Source: a virus
Taxonomy: Duplodnaviria > Heunggongvirae > Uroviricota > Caudoviricetes
Virus record (IMG/VR): IMGVR_UViG_2740892016_000006
Location: 1-50,109 of that record
DNA length: 50,109 nucleotides
Strand: one strand, 5' to 3'
The position numbers and the translations under genes were made by a program. This document shows, in pieces, positions 17,898 through 28,665 of this stretch. Position 1 is the stretch's first letter. Every line of letters starts with the position of its first letter. The notes beneath the pieces were generated by a model. That model saw only the letters and a program-made list of their open reading frames with translations, searched no databases and was not told where the DNA came from.

Positions 17898-18125
17898 ATG
17901 CAAAATCTTGATGAGCCGATTAAAGGTGTCGGCATCCCTGAAGTTGCGAAGGCTTGTGGAGTTAGCGAAAGGGCTGTCTATAAGTGGCTCAAAAACGGCT
18001 TCCTCCCTAAGACTGAGTTTTTTGGGAAAACTAAATACGCATCAAAAATCGAAGAGATTTCTGGTGGCAAATATCAAGCAAGCGAAATGCTTGAAATAAG
18101 CAAAAAGAACCTTCTGGCTGCATAA
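17898..18125 (+). CDS. Cro-like HTH regulator (start at second ATG with AAGGA SD)
   Basis: Small HTH protein (GIPEVAKACGVSERAVYKWL) divergent from cI. Confidence 0.6.
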   Translation: MQNLDEPIKGVGIPEVAKACGVSERAVYKWLKNGFLPKTEFFGKTKYASKIEEISGGKYQASEMLEISKKNLLAA

Positions 18126-18231
18126 GTAACACCGCTCTTTATCAATCTGCACCGCCGACAACGCGGTAACTAATTAATCACTCATCGAAAGATGAGTATT
18201 AGTGATTATTTACCTATGGAAATAGTAAGAA

Positions 18232-18528
18232 ATGGAACAAACAAGTTACAGCAAACTATCACAGCGCGACGTTGATCGCGCAGAAACAGATTTACTCATC
18301 AACCTGTCAACGCTTACCCAGCGCGGTCTGGCAAAGATGATTGGCTGTCATGAATCGAAGATAAGCAGAACGGACTGGAGATTTATTGCTTCGGTCTTGT
18401 GTGCTTTCGGAATGGCATCAGACATCAGTCCGATTAGCAGGGCTTTTAAGTATGCGCTTGATGGACTCACCAATAAAAAACGCCCGGCGGCAACCGAGCG
18501 TTCTGAACAAATCCAGATGGAATTCTGA
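18232..18528 (+). CDS. cII: CII transcriptional activator
   Basis: C-terminus TNKKRPAATERSEQIQMEF matches recalled lambda CII. Confidence 0.85.
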   Translation: MEQTSYSKLSQRDVDRAETDLLINLSTLTQRGLAKMIGCHESKISRTDWRFIASVLCAFGMASDISPISRAFKYALDGLTNKKRPAATERSEQIQMEF

Positions 18529-18708
18529 GGTCATTACTGGATCAATCCACAGGAGTAATTATGACAAAACGTCGTAAGAAATACCAGGAAAAAGAAGAGA
18601 TTCGACACCCTGATTCACCTGAGGGATTAGTGGTAGCCGTAGCAAATAACAGGGCGTTCGCAGAACGCCTTGTTGGTGTTTACAGACTAGCCAAAGCAGG
18701 AGTGAAAC

Positions 18709-19599
18709 ATGGGCGTCGTTAAGTTAGCTGATTACAGGCATAACCCTGTACAACATCAGGAGGCATCCAGTATGGGGTATGTCTCTATACACCGCCAGTT
18801 TATGGACAGCAGGCTCTATAAGGACTCTCAGGCAGTACATCTTTGGCTTCACTTAATCCTCAAGGCTAATCACGAATCTACTGTCGTCAATACGGATATC
18901 GGTCCGATAACTGTTGATCGCGGTCAGATGATAACTGGACGCCCGTCGCTGGTCAGAGAAACATTCATCCCCGACAACAAAGTTCGGAGCTTATTACGGA
19001 CTTTTGAGTCGAAAGGGATGCTTAATATTTCCTCGATGGGGAAGAAATTTAGCCTGTTTACAATCGTTAAATATGACGATTTTCAGGCAAAAAATTGTCC
19101 AACGGTTGTCCAACGGTTGTCCAACGCAAACACCAGTAATGGCGCGGCTCTCAGCGGAGATTGTCCAACGGTTGTCCAACGGTTGTCCATAAACAATAAT
19201 ATAAATAATATCTCTAATACTGACGTATTAGAGAGTGCCACAGCAGACAAAAAGTCTGACAAGAAAAAACCTTCCGTTAGCTGTCAGGATGTTGTCGATG
19301 CTTACCACGAAATCCTTCCTGAAGCGCCAAGAATCCGCGCACTGAATGACAAGCGTAAAAACCAGATCCGAACGTTCTGGCGCAAAGCCGGAGTGATAAC
19401 CCGCCAGCTTGACGGGCATGGGTTCACGATGCAGGACTGGAGAAATTATTTGAGCTACGTAGGAGAAAATTGCCGATGGATGTTCGAAGAGCGCCTAAAC
19501 CATCAACGCGGAACTGTCTGGCACAAAAAGGGATTTGATTTCCTGCTTAACGATAATACCTACCTGAAAGTTCGTGAGGGTGAACACGATGACCGATAA
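18709..19599 (+). CDS. Replication initiation protein (O / P22 gp18 analogue) containing the origin iterons
   Basis: Position after cII, iteron array inside the coding sequence, followed by helicase gene. Confidence 0.7.
   Translation: MGVVKLADYRHNPVQHQEASSMGYVSIHRQFMDSRLYKDSQAVHLWLHLILKANHESTVVNTDIGPITVDRGQMITGRPSLVRETFIPDNKVRSLLRTFESKGMLNISSMGKKFSLFTIVKYDDFQAKNCPTVVQRLSNANTSNGAALSGDCPTVVQRLSINNNINNISNTDVLESATADKKSDKKKPSVSCQDVVDAYHEILPEAPRIRALNDKRKNQIRTFWRKAGVITRQLDGHGFTMQDWRNYLSYVGENCRWMFEERLNHQRGTVWHKKGFDFLLNDNTYLKVREGEHDDR
19096..19189. repeat. Lambdoid origin iterons: two sets of three 11-bp repeats (TTGTCCAACGG) followed by an AT-rich stretch
   Basis: TGTCCAACGGTTGTCCAACGGTTGTCCAACG at 19096-19126 and again at 19162-19189, then AAACAATAATATAAATAATATC. 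Confidence 0.75.
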
Positions 19600-21025
19600 T
19601 TTTTATGCGCCGCCCCATAGCATCGAGGCAGAGCAGGCGGTGATTGGTGGATTGCTTCTGGATGATGACAGCAGTGAGCGCGTCCAGAAAGTTCTGGCGA
19701 TGCTGAAGCCTGATTCATTTTACAGCCGACCACACAAAATCCTTTTCGAAGAAATAACCAGAATGCACCGGGAGCAAAAGCCAGTAGATGGCCTGACGCT
19801 TTTCGATGAACTGGAGCGCAAATCGTTAACGGTGTCTGTTGGCGGTTTTGCTTATATCGCTGAGATCGCAAAGAACACGCCAAGCGCCGCAAACATCGTT
19901 GCCTATGCAATGCAGGTTCGCGAAACCGCAATGGAACGCTACGCCATCAACCGCATGACTGAAGCGACGGAATTGCTCTATTCCCGCAACGGAATGACTG
20001 CAACGCAGAAGTACGAAGCTATTCAGGCGATTTTCACGCAACTGACAGACCATGCAAAAACCGGATCGCGTCGCGGCCTTCGCTCATTTGGCGAGGTCAT
20101 GGAAGACTGGGTTAGCGACCTTGAGAAGCGATTTGACCCGTCAGGCGAACAACGAGGAATGAGCACAGGTATCCCATCGCTGGACAGGATGCTGTCACCG
20201 AAAGGTCTGGTGAAAGGCTCTCTGTTTGTCATTGGCGCTCGCCCTAAGATGGGGAAAACGACGCTATACAGCCAGATGGCAATCAACTGCGCAGTGCATG
20301 AGAAAAAGCCTGCTCTGATGTTCAGCCTTGAAATGCCAGGTGATCAGATACTGGAAAAACTGGTAGGACAGAAGTCAGGTGTTAACCCGAATATTTTTTA
20401 CCTTCCGGCGACAAATGACGCTGATGACGGCTATCAGGGTGATTACGATGGTGACTTCAACAGGGCGATCGAAACAGCAAATCGCTTGAGTGAAATCGAC
20501 CTGCTTTACATCGACGACACGCCGGGATTATCCCTGGCTCAAATCGTCAGCGAAAGCCGTCGAATCAAGCGAGAAAAAGGATGTGTTGGCATGATTCTGG
20601 TCGATTACCTGACACTAATGACCGCTGAGAAGGCCGATCGTAACGACCTTGCTTACGGCATGATCACCAAAGGACTGAAGAACCTTGCCAAAGAGCTTGA
20701 TTGCGTTGTTGTGCTTCTGACGCAGCTTAACCGCGCACTGGAAAGCCGAACCAATAAACGCCCATTACCAAGTGACTCACGAGATACAGGGCAGATTGAA
20801 CAGGATTGCGATTATTGGGTGGGGATCCATCGTGAAGGTGCTTTTGATGACAGTGTTCCACCTGGTGAAACCGAACTAATCCTTCGTCTCAATCGTCATG
20901 GCAATACCGGCACGGTGTATTGCATTCAGGCAAATGGCGCTATTTATGACACAGACCAACAGTCTGCTGAAATGCGCCGACGTGAACGCGAGGAACCGCA
21001 GTCCAAGAAGAAAGGAGGATTCTGA
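19574..21025 (+). CDS. DnaB-family replicative helicase (P22 gp12-like); start may be ATG at 19589
   Basis: N-terminal IEAEQAVIGGLLLD DnaB motif, Walker A GARPKMGKT, RecA-like C-terminal domain. Confidence 0.85.
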   Translation: MRVNTMTDNFYAPPHSIEAEQAVIGGLLLDDDSSERVQKVLAMLKPDSFYSRPHKILFEEITRMHREQKPVDGLTLFDELERKSLTVSVGGFAYIAEIAKNTPSAANIVAYAMQVRETAMERYAINRMTEATELLYSRNGMTATQKYEAIQAIFTQLTDHAKTGSRRGLRSFGEVMEDWVSDLEKRFDPSGEQRGMSTGIPSLDRMLSPKGLVKGSLFVIGARPKMGKTTLYSQMAINCAVHEKKPALMFSLEMPGDQILEKLVGQKSGVNPNIFYLPATNDADDGYQGDYDGDFNRAIETANRLSEIDLLYIDDTPGLSLAQIVSESRRIKREKGCVGMILVDYLTLMTAEKADRNDLAYGMITKGLKNLAKELDCVVVLLTQLNRALESRTNKRPLPSDSRDTGQIEQDCDYWVGIHREGAFDDSVPPGETELILRLNRHGNTGTVYCIQANGAIYDTDQQSAEMRRREREEPQSKKKGGF

Positions 21026-21100
21026 TGACCATCTACATCACTGAGCTAATAACAGGCCTGCTGGTAATCGCAGGCCTTTTTATTTGGGGGAGAGCGAAGT

Positions 21101-21427
21101 GTGGCTGACTGGCAAATTCCAATAATCATTCTTTCCGGAGCTTCGCTGGTTGCTGGCTTTATCCTTCTGAAAAAGCATAAAGACCGTGATCAAAAAGTCG
21201 AAGTTCTCTATGGGTATCCAGCGAACAGCACAACATGGCTGACCATTTACCACTACCGAAAATCAGGCCGCTGGGTATTCGAATGGGATGATCTGTTCGC
21301 TGAAAAGCGACCAAAGTCATGGGGAGACATCAGCGAATGCATGATGTTTGAAGAAAGAAAATTCGGCGCAACCCGAGAAGAGTTTAACGAAGCATGGGCG
21401 CGATTAAGTGAGAGAGGGTATTTGTGA
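21101..21427 (+). CDS. Hypothetical nin-region protein (108 aa), N-terminal hydrophobic segment
   Basis: ORF after helicase. Confidence 0.4.
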   Translation: MADWQIPIIILSGASLVAGFILLKKHKDRDQKVEVLYGYPANSTTWLTIYHYRKSGRWVFEWDDLFAEKRPKSWGDISECMMFEERKFGATREEFNEAWARLSERGYL

Positions 21428-21624
21428 GCAAGTACGAAAAATTAGATCAAAACATTCTTTCAATGCTGAGTGAAAGACCAACACCTGTTTTTGATATCTG
21501 GCTTAAATGGCGGAGCAATGGAATGTATATCGAAACCATCGATCGCCGTATGCAATACCTGAGAAAGAAAGGGCTTGTTGCAAATGTGCGTGGGAAGGGT
21601 TGGGTGAAAATTAACCTGTCATAA
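21424..21624 (+). CDS. Hypothetical nin-region protein (66 aa)
   Basis: ORF with 4-nt overlap to upstream gene. Confidence 0.4.
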   Translation: MSKYEKLDQNILSMLSERPTPVFDIWLKWRSNGMYIETIDRRMQYLRKKGLVANVRGKGWVKINLS

Positions 21625-21635
21625 CGGGGATTGAT

Positions 21636-21908
21636 ATGGACGAATCAAGAAAGCAGTTTGAAGAGTGGTTTAAAACCAAATATCACGTTTCAAGTGACGT
21701 GATGAAGATTATGCACATCAAGGTCGAGATTGCATGGGAGGCGTGGCAGGCATCGCGAGCAGCTATTGAAATAACCGCGCCAAAGTTTATCGACAGCAGA
21801 GAAGCATTATCCAAAGGGTTTACTGTTGATTATTCCAATGGCTTCGGTGATGCAATGGAGGCTTATGAGGAAAACATCCGCGCTGCTGGAATCAAAGTGA
21901 AGGAGTGA
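21636..21908 (+). CDS. Hypothetical nin-region protein (90 aa)
   Basis: ORF. Confidence 0.4.
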   Translation: MDESRKQFEEWFKTKYHVSSDVMKIMHIKVEIAWEAWQASRAAIEITAPKFIDSREALSKGFTVDYSNGFGDAMEAYEENIRAAGIKVKE

Positions 21909-22096
21909 GCATGAGTCGACGAAGTAGCTTTTTGGGGTTTGTAATATTCCTGTCCTGCACTGGTTACATCGTAATCTGGTCAATTTCGAACATTGACCGT
22001 GGCGGGGAATATCTCATTGTAATGTTCTTTCCTTTGTTTCTTGGGTGGTACGCCGCAAGGTTGCTGGAAGAATGGGGTTACAGGCATAAAAAATAA
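21905..22096 (+). CDS. Hypothetical small membrane protein (63 aa)
   Basis: Two hydrophobic segments. Confidence 0.35.
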   Translation: MSMSRRSSFLGFVIFLSCTGYIVIWSISNIDRGGEYLIVMFFPLFLGWYAARLLEEWGYRHKK

Positions 22097-22107
22097 AGGA
22101 GTATTCA

Positions 22108-22518
22108 GTGAAGCAAACAATCTTCCTCCGAACTAAGCAACAACAGCAAGCTGCAATAAATGCCATCCTCGCAACGCCACTCGATAAAGACAAGCCAGTC
22201 ACCATCCGCATTACTGACTACAAGCGCAACCTTGACCAGAACGCAAAATTTCACGCGATGCTGGCGGATATCGCACGTCAGGTTCAATGGTGCGATAAAT
22301 GGTTAAAACCAGAACAATGGAAGGTTTTGTTGATCAGCGGTCATGCAGTGGCTACAAAGCAGGAAGCTGATGTTTTGCCCGGCCTTGAAGGCGAATACGT
22401 CAACATTCGCGAAAGTAGCGCGCAGATGAGTGTGAAGCGTATGGCAAGTCTGATTGAGTACACGACAGCATGGGCTATTGGTCAGGGTGTCAGATTTACC
22501 GACAGGAGGTACGAATGA
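22108..22518 (+). CDS. ninB: NinB recombination protein
   Basis: Resembles recalled lambda NinB (...[22 protein letters not shown]...). Confidence 0.75.
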   Translation: MKQTIFLRTKQQQQAAINAILATPLDKDKPVTIRITDYKRNLDQNAKFHAMLADIARQVQWCDKWLKPEQWKVLLISGHAVATKQEADVLPGLEGEYVNIRESSAQMSVKRMASLIEYTTAWAIGQGVRFTDRRYE

Positions 22519-22691
22519 GACGACAGCGACGAAGTTTCACCGACATCATCTGTGAAAACTGCAAATACCTTCCAACGAAACGCTCCAGAAATAAACGCAA
22601 GCCAATCCCAAAAGAATCTGACGTAAAAACCTTCAACTACACGGCTCACCTGTGGGATATCCGGTGGCTAAGACATCGTGCGAGGAAATGA
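22515..22691 (+). CDS. ninE: NinE-like protein (start at internal Met overlapping ninB stop)
   Basis: [52 protein letters not shown] matches recalled lambda NinE. Confidence 0.65.
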   Translation: MRRQRRSFTDIICENCKYLPTKRSRNKRKPIPKESDVKTFNYTAHLWDIRWLRHRARK

Positions 22692-23041
22692 CAATGGATT
22701 ATTCACAGTTAAGTGATTTTGAAATTAACAAGCGAGTATTTAAAGCGATAGTTGGGGCAAAACCATTAGGTTATCCGCACAACGCAGATGGACGGTCTGT
22801 CGGCAATGAATCAAATGGTAATTATCGATGGTACGACTACTGCAATAATCCTGAAGATGCAGAGCCGATTATCGTAGAGAACAGAATTGGCATTATTCCA
22901 GCGCCAGAAAATGGATTATGGAAGGCAGCGCATAGAAAAGTTGGCAGTGATAGTACCCCATATCATATGACTCAAGATGAAAACCCACTCCGCGCCGCCA
23001 TGATTGTCTTTCTCATGATGCAGGACGCCAATAATGCTTAG
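22691..23041 (+). CDS. Hypothetical nin-region protein (DUF2591-like?)
   Basis: ORF; start taken at MTMDYSQL. Confidence 0.45.
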   Translation, partial: TMDYSQLSDFEINKRVFKAIVGAKPLGYPHNADGRSVGNESNGNYRWYDYCNNPEDAEPIIVENRIGIIPAPENGLWKAAHRKVGSDSTPYHMTQDENPLRAAMIVFLMMQDANNA

Positions 23042-23210
23042 CCCATCCCAATCCCTCCAATACCAGAAAGAAAGCGTCGAGCGGGCTTTAACGTGCGCTA
23101 ACTGCGGTCAGAAGCTGCATGTGCTGGAAGTTCACGTGTGTGAGCACTGCTGCGCAGAACTGATGAGCGATCCGAATAGCTTAATGTACGAGGAAGAAGA
23201 CGATGAGTGA
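23034..23210 (+). CDS. ninF: NinF-like small protein (58 aa; not in ORF track)
   Basis: Hand translation MLSPSQSLQYQKESVERALTCANCGQKLHVLEVHVCEHCCAELMSDPNS... matches recalled lambda NinF. Confidence 0.6.
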   Translation: MLSPSQSLQYQKESVERALTCANCGQKLHVLEVHVCEHCCAELMSDPNSLMYEEEDDE

Positions 23211-23415
23211 TTACCTGAAATGGTATCTCTGCCACCGCTGGTTAATTAAGTATGCTGTAAAAGACTGGATGACAGCGGATGCCAACAAGCTTAAGCAAAG
23301 AAAAGACTATTACTACGCCAGAATGAAGGAAAACTACTGCTCAATTCGCACTCGCATATTTATTAAAAAAGACCTTCAGTCAATTCTTCAATTGCGAGGG
23401 AAGGTAAATGGCTAA
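23203..23415 (+). CDS. Hypothetical nin-region protein (70 aa)
   Basis: ORF. Confidence 0.4.
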   Translation: MSDYLKWYLCHRWLIKYAVKDWMTADANKLKQRKDYYYARMKENYCSIRTRIFIKKDLQSILQLRGKVNG

Positions 23416-23698
23416 CCTACGCAAAGAAGCGCGCGGCAGAGAATGCCAGGTACGTATTTACGGTGTATGCAATGGCAATCCTGAAACTACAGTTCTGGCA
23501 CATTACCGGATGGCTGGAATTTGCGGAACGGGAATGAAGCCTGACGACCTGATCGGTGCATGGGCTTGTAGCGCGTGTCACGATGAAATCGACCGACGCA
23601 CCCATAATCTCGACAACAAAGACGCCAGACTTTACCACCTCGAAGGTGTGATCAGGACGCAGGCGATACTGCTGAAGGAGGGGAAGATTAAGTCATGA
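23408..23698 (+). CDS. Cys-rich nin-region protein (DUF1364-like)
   Basis: Multiple Cys/His (CQVRIYGVCNG...CSACHDEIDRRTH) upstream of rusA. Confidence 0.5.
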   Translation: MANLRKEARGRECQVRIYGVCNGNPETTVLAHYRMAGICGTGMKPDDLIGAWACSACHDEIDRRTHNLDNKDARLYHLEGVIRTQAILLKEGKIKS

Positions 23699-24090
23699 AA
23701 AACTACCGAATAAAATTGCCGTGGCCTCCTTCAAACAACCGATATTGGCGACACTCAAGAGGGATCCACTACATCAGCGACTGGGGGAAGAGATACCGAA
23801 AAGAAGTAATCGAATTAATCCAGCAACAACAGCTAGACATCAAAATCACACCTCGCATCAGAATAACCATCCACGCAGCACCTCCCGATAACCGCAAACG
23901 AGATTTGGACAATCTGCCCAAAGCCGTTTTTGACGCACTCACCAGTGCGGGCTTCTGGCTGGATGACGGTCAGATAGACGATATGCGCATCAAGCGCTAT
24001 CAGGCGATTAAAGGTGGAATGCTTGTGTTGGTTGTGACTGAAACATGCGGGAGTTTGCCAATGATTACAGAGCTACTGGAGGCCGCATGA
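23695..24090 (+). CDS. rusA: RusA Holliday-junction resolvase
   Basis: LPWPPSNNRYWRH...RDLDNLPKAVFDALTSAGFWLDD matches RusA family. Confidence 0.85.
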   Translation: MKNYRIKLPWPPSNNRYWRHSRGIHYISDWGKRYRKEVIELIQQQQLDIKITPRIRITIHAAPPDNRKRDLDNLPKAVFDALTSAGFWLDDGQIDDMRIKRYQAIKGGMLVLVVTETCGSLPMITELLEAA

Positions 24091-24293
24091 CGTTCTCAGT
24101 AAAAACCATTCCAGACATGCTCGTTGAAGCATACGGAAACCAGACAGAAGTAGCACGCAGACTGAAATGTAGTCGCGGCACGGTAAGAAAATACGTTGAT
24201 GATAAAGACGGGAAAATGCACGCCATCGTCAACGACGTTCTCATGGTTCATCGCGGATGGAGTGAAAGAGATGCGCTATTACGAAAAAATTGA
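24087..24293 (+). CDS. ninH: NinH-like protein
   Basis: [39 protein letters not shown] matches recalled lambda NinH. Confidence 0.7.
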   Translation: MTFSVKTIPDMLVEAYGNQTEVARRLKCSRGTVRKYVDDKDGKMHAIVNDVLMVHRGWSERDALLRKN

Positions 24294-24936
24294 TGGCAGC
24301 AAATACCGAAATATTTGGGTAGTTGGCGACCTGCACGGTTGCTACACGAACCTGATGAAAAAACTGGAGACGATAGGATTCGACACCAAAAAAGACCTGC
24401 TTATCTCGGTTGGCGATTTGGTTGATCGCGGTACAGAGAACGTCGAATGTATGGAATTAATCACATTCCCCTGGTTCAGAGCTGTACGTGGAAACCATGA
24501 GCAAATGATGATTGATGGCTTATCAGAGCGTGGAAACGTTAATCACTGGCTGCTTAATGGCGGTGGCTGGTTCTTTAATCTCGATTACGACAAAGAAATT
24601 CTGGCTAAAGCTCTTGCCCATAAAGCAGATGAACTTCCGTTAATCATCGAACTGGTGAGCAAAGATAAAAAATACGTCATCTGCCACGCCGATTATCCCT
24701 GTGATGAATACGAGTTCGGAAAGCCAGTTGATCATCAGCAGATAATCTGGAACCGCGAACGAATCAGCAACTCACAAGACGGGATCGTGAAAGAAATCAA
24801 AGGCGCGGACACGTTCATCTTTGGTCATACGCCAGCAGTGAAACCACTTAAATTTGCCAACCAAATGTATATCGATACCGGCGCAGTGTTCTACGGAAAC
24901 CTCACATTGATTCAGGTACAGGGAGAAGGCGCATGA
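24271..24936 (+). CDS. Ser/Thr protein phosphatase (lambda NinI / PP-lambda type)
   Basis: GDLHG, GDLVDRG, GNHE calcineurin-like phosphoesterase motifs; start taken at MRYYEKIDG. Confidence 0.85.
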   Translation: MRYYEKIDGSKYRNIWVVGDLHGCYTNLMKKLETIGFDTKKDLLISVGDLVDRGTENVECMELITFPWFRAVRGNHEQMMIDGLSERGNVNHWLLNGGGWFFNLDYDKEILAKALAHKADELPLIIELVSKDKKYVICHADYPCDEYEFGKPVDHQQIIWNRERISNSQDGIVKEIKGADTFIFGHTPAVKPLKFANQMYIDTGAVFYGNLTLIQVQGEGA

Positions 24937-25556
24937 GACTCGAAAGCGTAGCTAAATTTCATTCGCCAAAAAGCCCGATGATGAGTGACTCACCACGGGC
25001 CACGGCTTCTGACTCTCTTTCCGGTACTGATGTGATGGCTGCTATGGGGATGGCGCAATCACAAGCCGGATTCGGAATGGCTGCATTCTGCGGTAAGCAT
25101 GAACTCAGCCAGAACGACAAACAAAAGGCTATCAACTATCTGATGCAATTTGCACACAAGGTATCGGGGAAATACCGTGGTGTGGCAAAGCTTGAAGGAA
25201 ATACTAAGGCAAAGGTGCTGCAAGTGCTCGCAACATTCGCTTATGCGGATTATTGCCGTAGTGCCGCGACACCGGGTGCAAGATGCAGAGATTGCCACGG
25301 TACAGGTCGTGCGGTTGATATAGCAAAAACAGAGCAGTGGGGGAGAGTTGTTGAGAAAGAGTGCGGAAGATGCAAAGGCGTCGGCTATTCAAGGATGCCA
25401 GCAAGCGCTGCATATCGCGCTGTGACGATGCTAATCCCAAACCTCACCCAACCCACATGGTCACGCACTGTTAAGCCGCTGTATGACGCTCTGGTGGCGC
25501 AATGCCACAAGGAAGAGTCAATTGCAGACAATATTTTGAATGCAGTCACACGTTAG
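24933..25556 (+). CDS. Q: Q late antiterminator (lambda Q type)
   Basis: Zinc-binding CRDCHGTGR...CGRCKGVGY and overall match to recalled lambda Q. Confidence 0.85.
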   Translation: MRLESVAKFHSPKSPMMSDSPRATASDSLSGTDVMAAMGMAQSQAGFGMAAFCGKHELSQNDKQKAINYLMQFAHKVSGKYRGVAKLEGNTKAKVLQVLATFAYADYCRSAATPGARCRDCHGTGRAVDIAKTEQWGRVVEKECGRCKGVGYSRMPASAAYRAVTMLIPNLTQPTWSRTVKPLYDALVAQCHKEESIADNILNAVTR

Positions 25557-25770
25557 CAGCATGATTGCCACGGATGGCAACATATTAACGGCATGATATT
25601 GACTTTTTGAATAAAGTTGGGTAAATTTGACCCAACGATGGGTTAATTCGCTCGTTGTGGTAGTGAGATAAAAAGAGGCGGCGCTTACTACCGATTCCGC
25701 CTAGTTGGTCACTTCGACGTATCGTCTGGAACTCCAACCATCGCAGGCTGAGAGGTCTGTAAAATGCAAT

Positions 25771-25827
25771 CCCGAAACAGTTCGCAGGTAATAGTTAGAG
25801 CCTGCATAACGGTTTCGGGATTTTTTA
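25771..25827 (+). terminator. tR'-like terminator (end of 6S-type late leader RNA)
   Basis: CCCGAAAC...GGTTTCGGG hairpin followed by TTTTTTAT, as in lambda tR'. Confidence 0.7.
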
Positions 25828-26224
25828 TATCTGTGTAACAGGTAAGAGCATTCTCCCTTATGGGGCTTGGCTTAAATGCATTGAGTGCTCTTTCCGTTGT
25901 GCTGAATTAAGCGAATACCGGAAGCAGAACCGGATCACCAAATGCGTACAGGCGTCATCGCCGCCCAGCAACAGCACAACCCAAACTGAGCCGTAGCCAC
26001 TGGCTATCCTGAATTCATCAGTGATAGTTATGCTGCGGCCTTCTACACATGACCTTCGTGAAAGCGGGTGGCATGAGGTTGCGCTAACAACCTCATGCCG
26101 TTTTGCCCGTGCATATCGGTCACGAACAAATCTGATTACTAAACACAGTAGCCTGGATTTGTTCTATCAGTAATCGACCTTATTCCTAATTAAATAGAGC
26201 AAATCCCCTTATTGGGGGTAAGAC

Positions 26225-26548
26225 ATGAAGATGCCAGAAAAACATGACCTGTTAGCCGCCATTCTCGCGGCAAAGGAACAAGGCATCGGGGCAATCCTTG
26301 CGTTTGCAATGGCGTACCTTCGCGGCAGATATAATGGCGGTGCGTTTACAAAAACAGTAATCGACGCAACGATGTGCGCCATTATCGCCTGGTTCATTCG
26401 TGACCTTCTCGACTTCGCCGGACTAAGTAGCAATCTTGCTTATATAACGAGCGTGTTCATCGGCTACATCGGTACTGACTCGATTGGTTCGCTTATCAAA
26501 CGCTTCGCTGCTAAAAAAGCCGGAGTAGAAGATGGTGGAAATCAATAA
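26225..26548 (+). CDS. S: Holin (lambda S type, dual-start MKM)
   Basis: Matches recalled lambda S107 sequence. Confidence 0.9.
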   Translation: MKMPEKHDLLAAILAAKEQGIGAILAFAMAYLRGRYNGGAFTKTVIDATMCAIIAWFIRDLLDFAGLSSNLAYITSVFIGYIGTDSIGSLIKRFAAKKAGVEDGGNQ

Positions 26549-27008
26549 TCAACGTAAGGCGTTCCTCGATATGCTGGCGTGGTCAGAGGGAACTGATAAC
26601 GGACGTCAGAAAACCAGAAATCATGGTTATGACGTCATTGTTGGCGGAGAGCTATTCACTGATTACTCCGATCACCCTCGCAAACTTGTCACGCTAAACC
26701 CAAAACTCAAATCAACAGCCGCCGGGCGCTACCAGCTTCTTTCCCGTTGGTGGGATGCCTATCGCAAGCAGCTTGGCATGAAAGACTTCTCTCCGAAAAG
26801 CCAGGACGCTGTTGCACTGCAGCAGATTAAGGAGCGTGGCGCTTTACCGATGATTGATCGCGGTGATATCCGTCAGGCTATCGACCGTTGCAGCAATATC
26901 TGGGCTTCACTGCCGGGCGCTGGTTACGGTCAGTTCGAGCATAAGGCTGACAGCCTGATTGCAAAATTCAAAGAAGCCGGCGGAACGGTAAGAGAGATTG
27001 AGGCATGA
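26532..27008 (+). CDS. R: Endolysin (lambda R lytic transglycosylase)
   Basis: Matches recalled lambda R. Confidence 0.9.
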   Translation: MVEINNQRKAFLDMLAWSEGTDNGRQKTRNHGYDVIVGGELFTDYSDHPRKLVTLNPKLKSTAAGRYQLLSRWWDAYRKQLGMKDFSPKSQDAVALQQIKERGALPMIDRGDIRQAIDRCSNIWASLPGAGYGQFEHKADSLIAKFKEAGGTVREIEA

Positions 27009-27442
27009 GCAGAGTCACCGCGATTATCTCCGCTCTTGTTATCTGCATCATCGTCTGCCTGTCATGGGCTGTTAATCATTACCGTGATAACGCCATCGCC
27101 TACAAAGCCCAGCGCGATAAGGCCGCATCCACAGTCGCTGACATGCAGAAGCGTCAACGTGATGTAGCAGAACTCGACGCCAGATACACAAAGGAGCTTG
27201 CTGATGCTAACGCGACTATCGAAAGTCTCCGTGCTGATGTTTCTGCTGGGCGTAAGCGCCTGCAAGTCGCCGCCACCTGTGCAAAGTCAACGACCGGAGC
27301 CAGCAGCATGGGCGATGGAGAAAGCCCAAGACTTACAGCAGATGCTGAACTCAATTATTACCGTCTCCGAAGTGGAATCGACAGGATAACCGCGCAGGTT
27401 AACTACCTGCAGGAATACATCAGGACGCAATGCCTTCGATGA
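27005..27442 (+). CDS. Rz: Rz spanin (inner-membrane subunit)
   Basis: N-terminal TM segment plus coiled coil, lambda Rz-like N-terminus. Confidence 0.85.
   Translation: MSRVTAIISALVICIIVCLSWAVNHYRDNAIAYKAQRDKAASTVADMQKRQRDVAELDARYTKELADANATIESLRADVSAGRKRLQVAATCAKSTTGASSMGDGESPRLTADAELNYYRLRSGIDRITAQVNYLQEYIRTQCLR
27198..27389 (+). CDS. Rz1: Rz1 spanin lipoprotein embedded in Rz in +1 frame (true start may be internal)
   Basis: Lipobox LGVSAC and proline-rich KSPPPVQ segment inside Rz. Confidence 0.6.
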   Translation: MLMLTRLSKVSVLMFLLGVSACKSPPPVQSQRPEPAAWAMEKAQDLQQMLNSIITVSEVESTG

Positions 27443-27786
27443 TAGCGATAATTCTACTCATCATCCTTCACATCTGGCTCTGTAGACAGGGTGATGATCA
27501 CTTCTGGAGTGAATCCAGATTAAACATCTCATTGCTGATGCTTGATATTGAGCATCTGGCGCGCGGTAAGGGGCTGCGTTGAGATAAGAGCCAGTAATTA
27601 CAAACACCAGGATTTAGCCTCGCATTCGCGGGGCTTTTTTACATCTGCAGTAAACCGCGCATCGCAGCGCGTAACAATCCCGAGTCTTTCAGAAAGCTGA
27701 GCCTGAGAATTGCCGTATATGGTGGCGACCATCTCGGGGCGGCTTTTCTGTGCGAACAGGCTCATCTTTCTAAAAGGTAAGACGCT

Positions 27787-28308
27787 ATGAATATCGTTCC
27801 ACTAAATTACAAAGGCGAACCTATCCGCTTCAATACTGATGGCTGGATTAATGCCACTGATATTGCAAAACGTTTCGGGAAGCGTCTGGATCACTGGTTG
27901 TCCAACGCTGAAACTCTCGAATACGTTAGAGCTCTGGATGAGGTTTATTCAGGTGAACCATCGAAAATTCTACATACCCGTGATTCCGGGTATGTAAAAA
28001 CAAGCAAGGCACGAAAGGACAGGGGTGGCGGAACATGGCTGCATCCAAAGTTATCAGTTGCCTTTGCAAGATGGTGCGATCCGAAATTCTCCGTATGGTG
28101 CGACCTGCACATTGATAGTCTGCTTCGCGGTGAACTGACTGAGCAGCAGAAATATGAGCAAGCATGTCGCATTCGCGATGACCGGAAATCAAAAGCCAGC
28201 AATGGGGCAAGAGAGATGGCTCGCTGGCGATGGGATAAGCCGGTTATTGAAGCAAATGTCGAGTACTGGCGCGAGCAACTGCAGTTGACTCTCGATATTG
28301 CGTGCTGA
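27787..28308 (+). CDS. KilA-N domain protein
   Basis: N-terminal YKGEPIRFNTDGWINATDIAKRFGKRLDHWL resembles KilA-N/Bro-N-type domains. Confidence 0.65.
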   Translation: MNIVPLNYKGEPIRFNTDGWINATDIAKRFGKRLDHWLSNAETLEYVRALDEVYSGEPSKILHTRDSGYVKTSKARKDRGGGTWLHPKLSVAFARWCDPKFSVWCDLHIDSLLRGELTEQQKYEQACRIRDDRKSKASNGAREMARWRWDKPVIEANVEYWREQLQLTLDIAC

Positions 28309-28665
28309 TGGCAAACGCAAAACTGCGTTATCGGAAAAATCAAAGCATTACGAGAACTGAGCAACGGCTATCCATTACAAAGCCCATCAACGGGTGGGCT
28401 TGATAATGAAACCGGAATTTATTCTAGGTAACCAGTTACGGCAGTACCACGAAGCAACCCAAGCCAGTAAGTGGGGGAAATAACACTGGCAGCCACTGAA
28501 AGATGAAACTCCAGCCTTATGGCAAAAAGATTCTTTGTGGTGGCGGACTGATGGAAAGACATCGGTTATTGCAGAGGCCATTCAATGAATGGTCTCGACA
28601 ATGGCTTATACCCTACACGGGATAACTTAACTGATATCCCTTTTAACGGATAAACGGAGCCAACA

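Noticed and set aside
28387-28581. 64-aa minus-strand ORF between the KilA-N gene and the terminase module
   Set aside because: Opposite to the late operon with no RBS and Cys/Trp-rich composition. A possible 59-aa GTG-start plus-strand ORF at about 28911-29090 is too uncertain to list.
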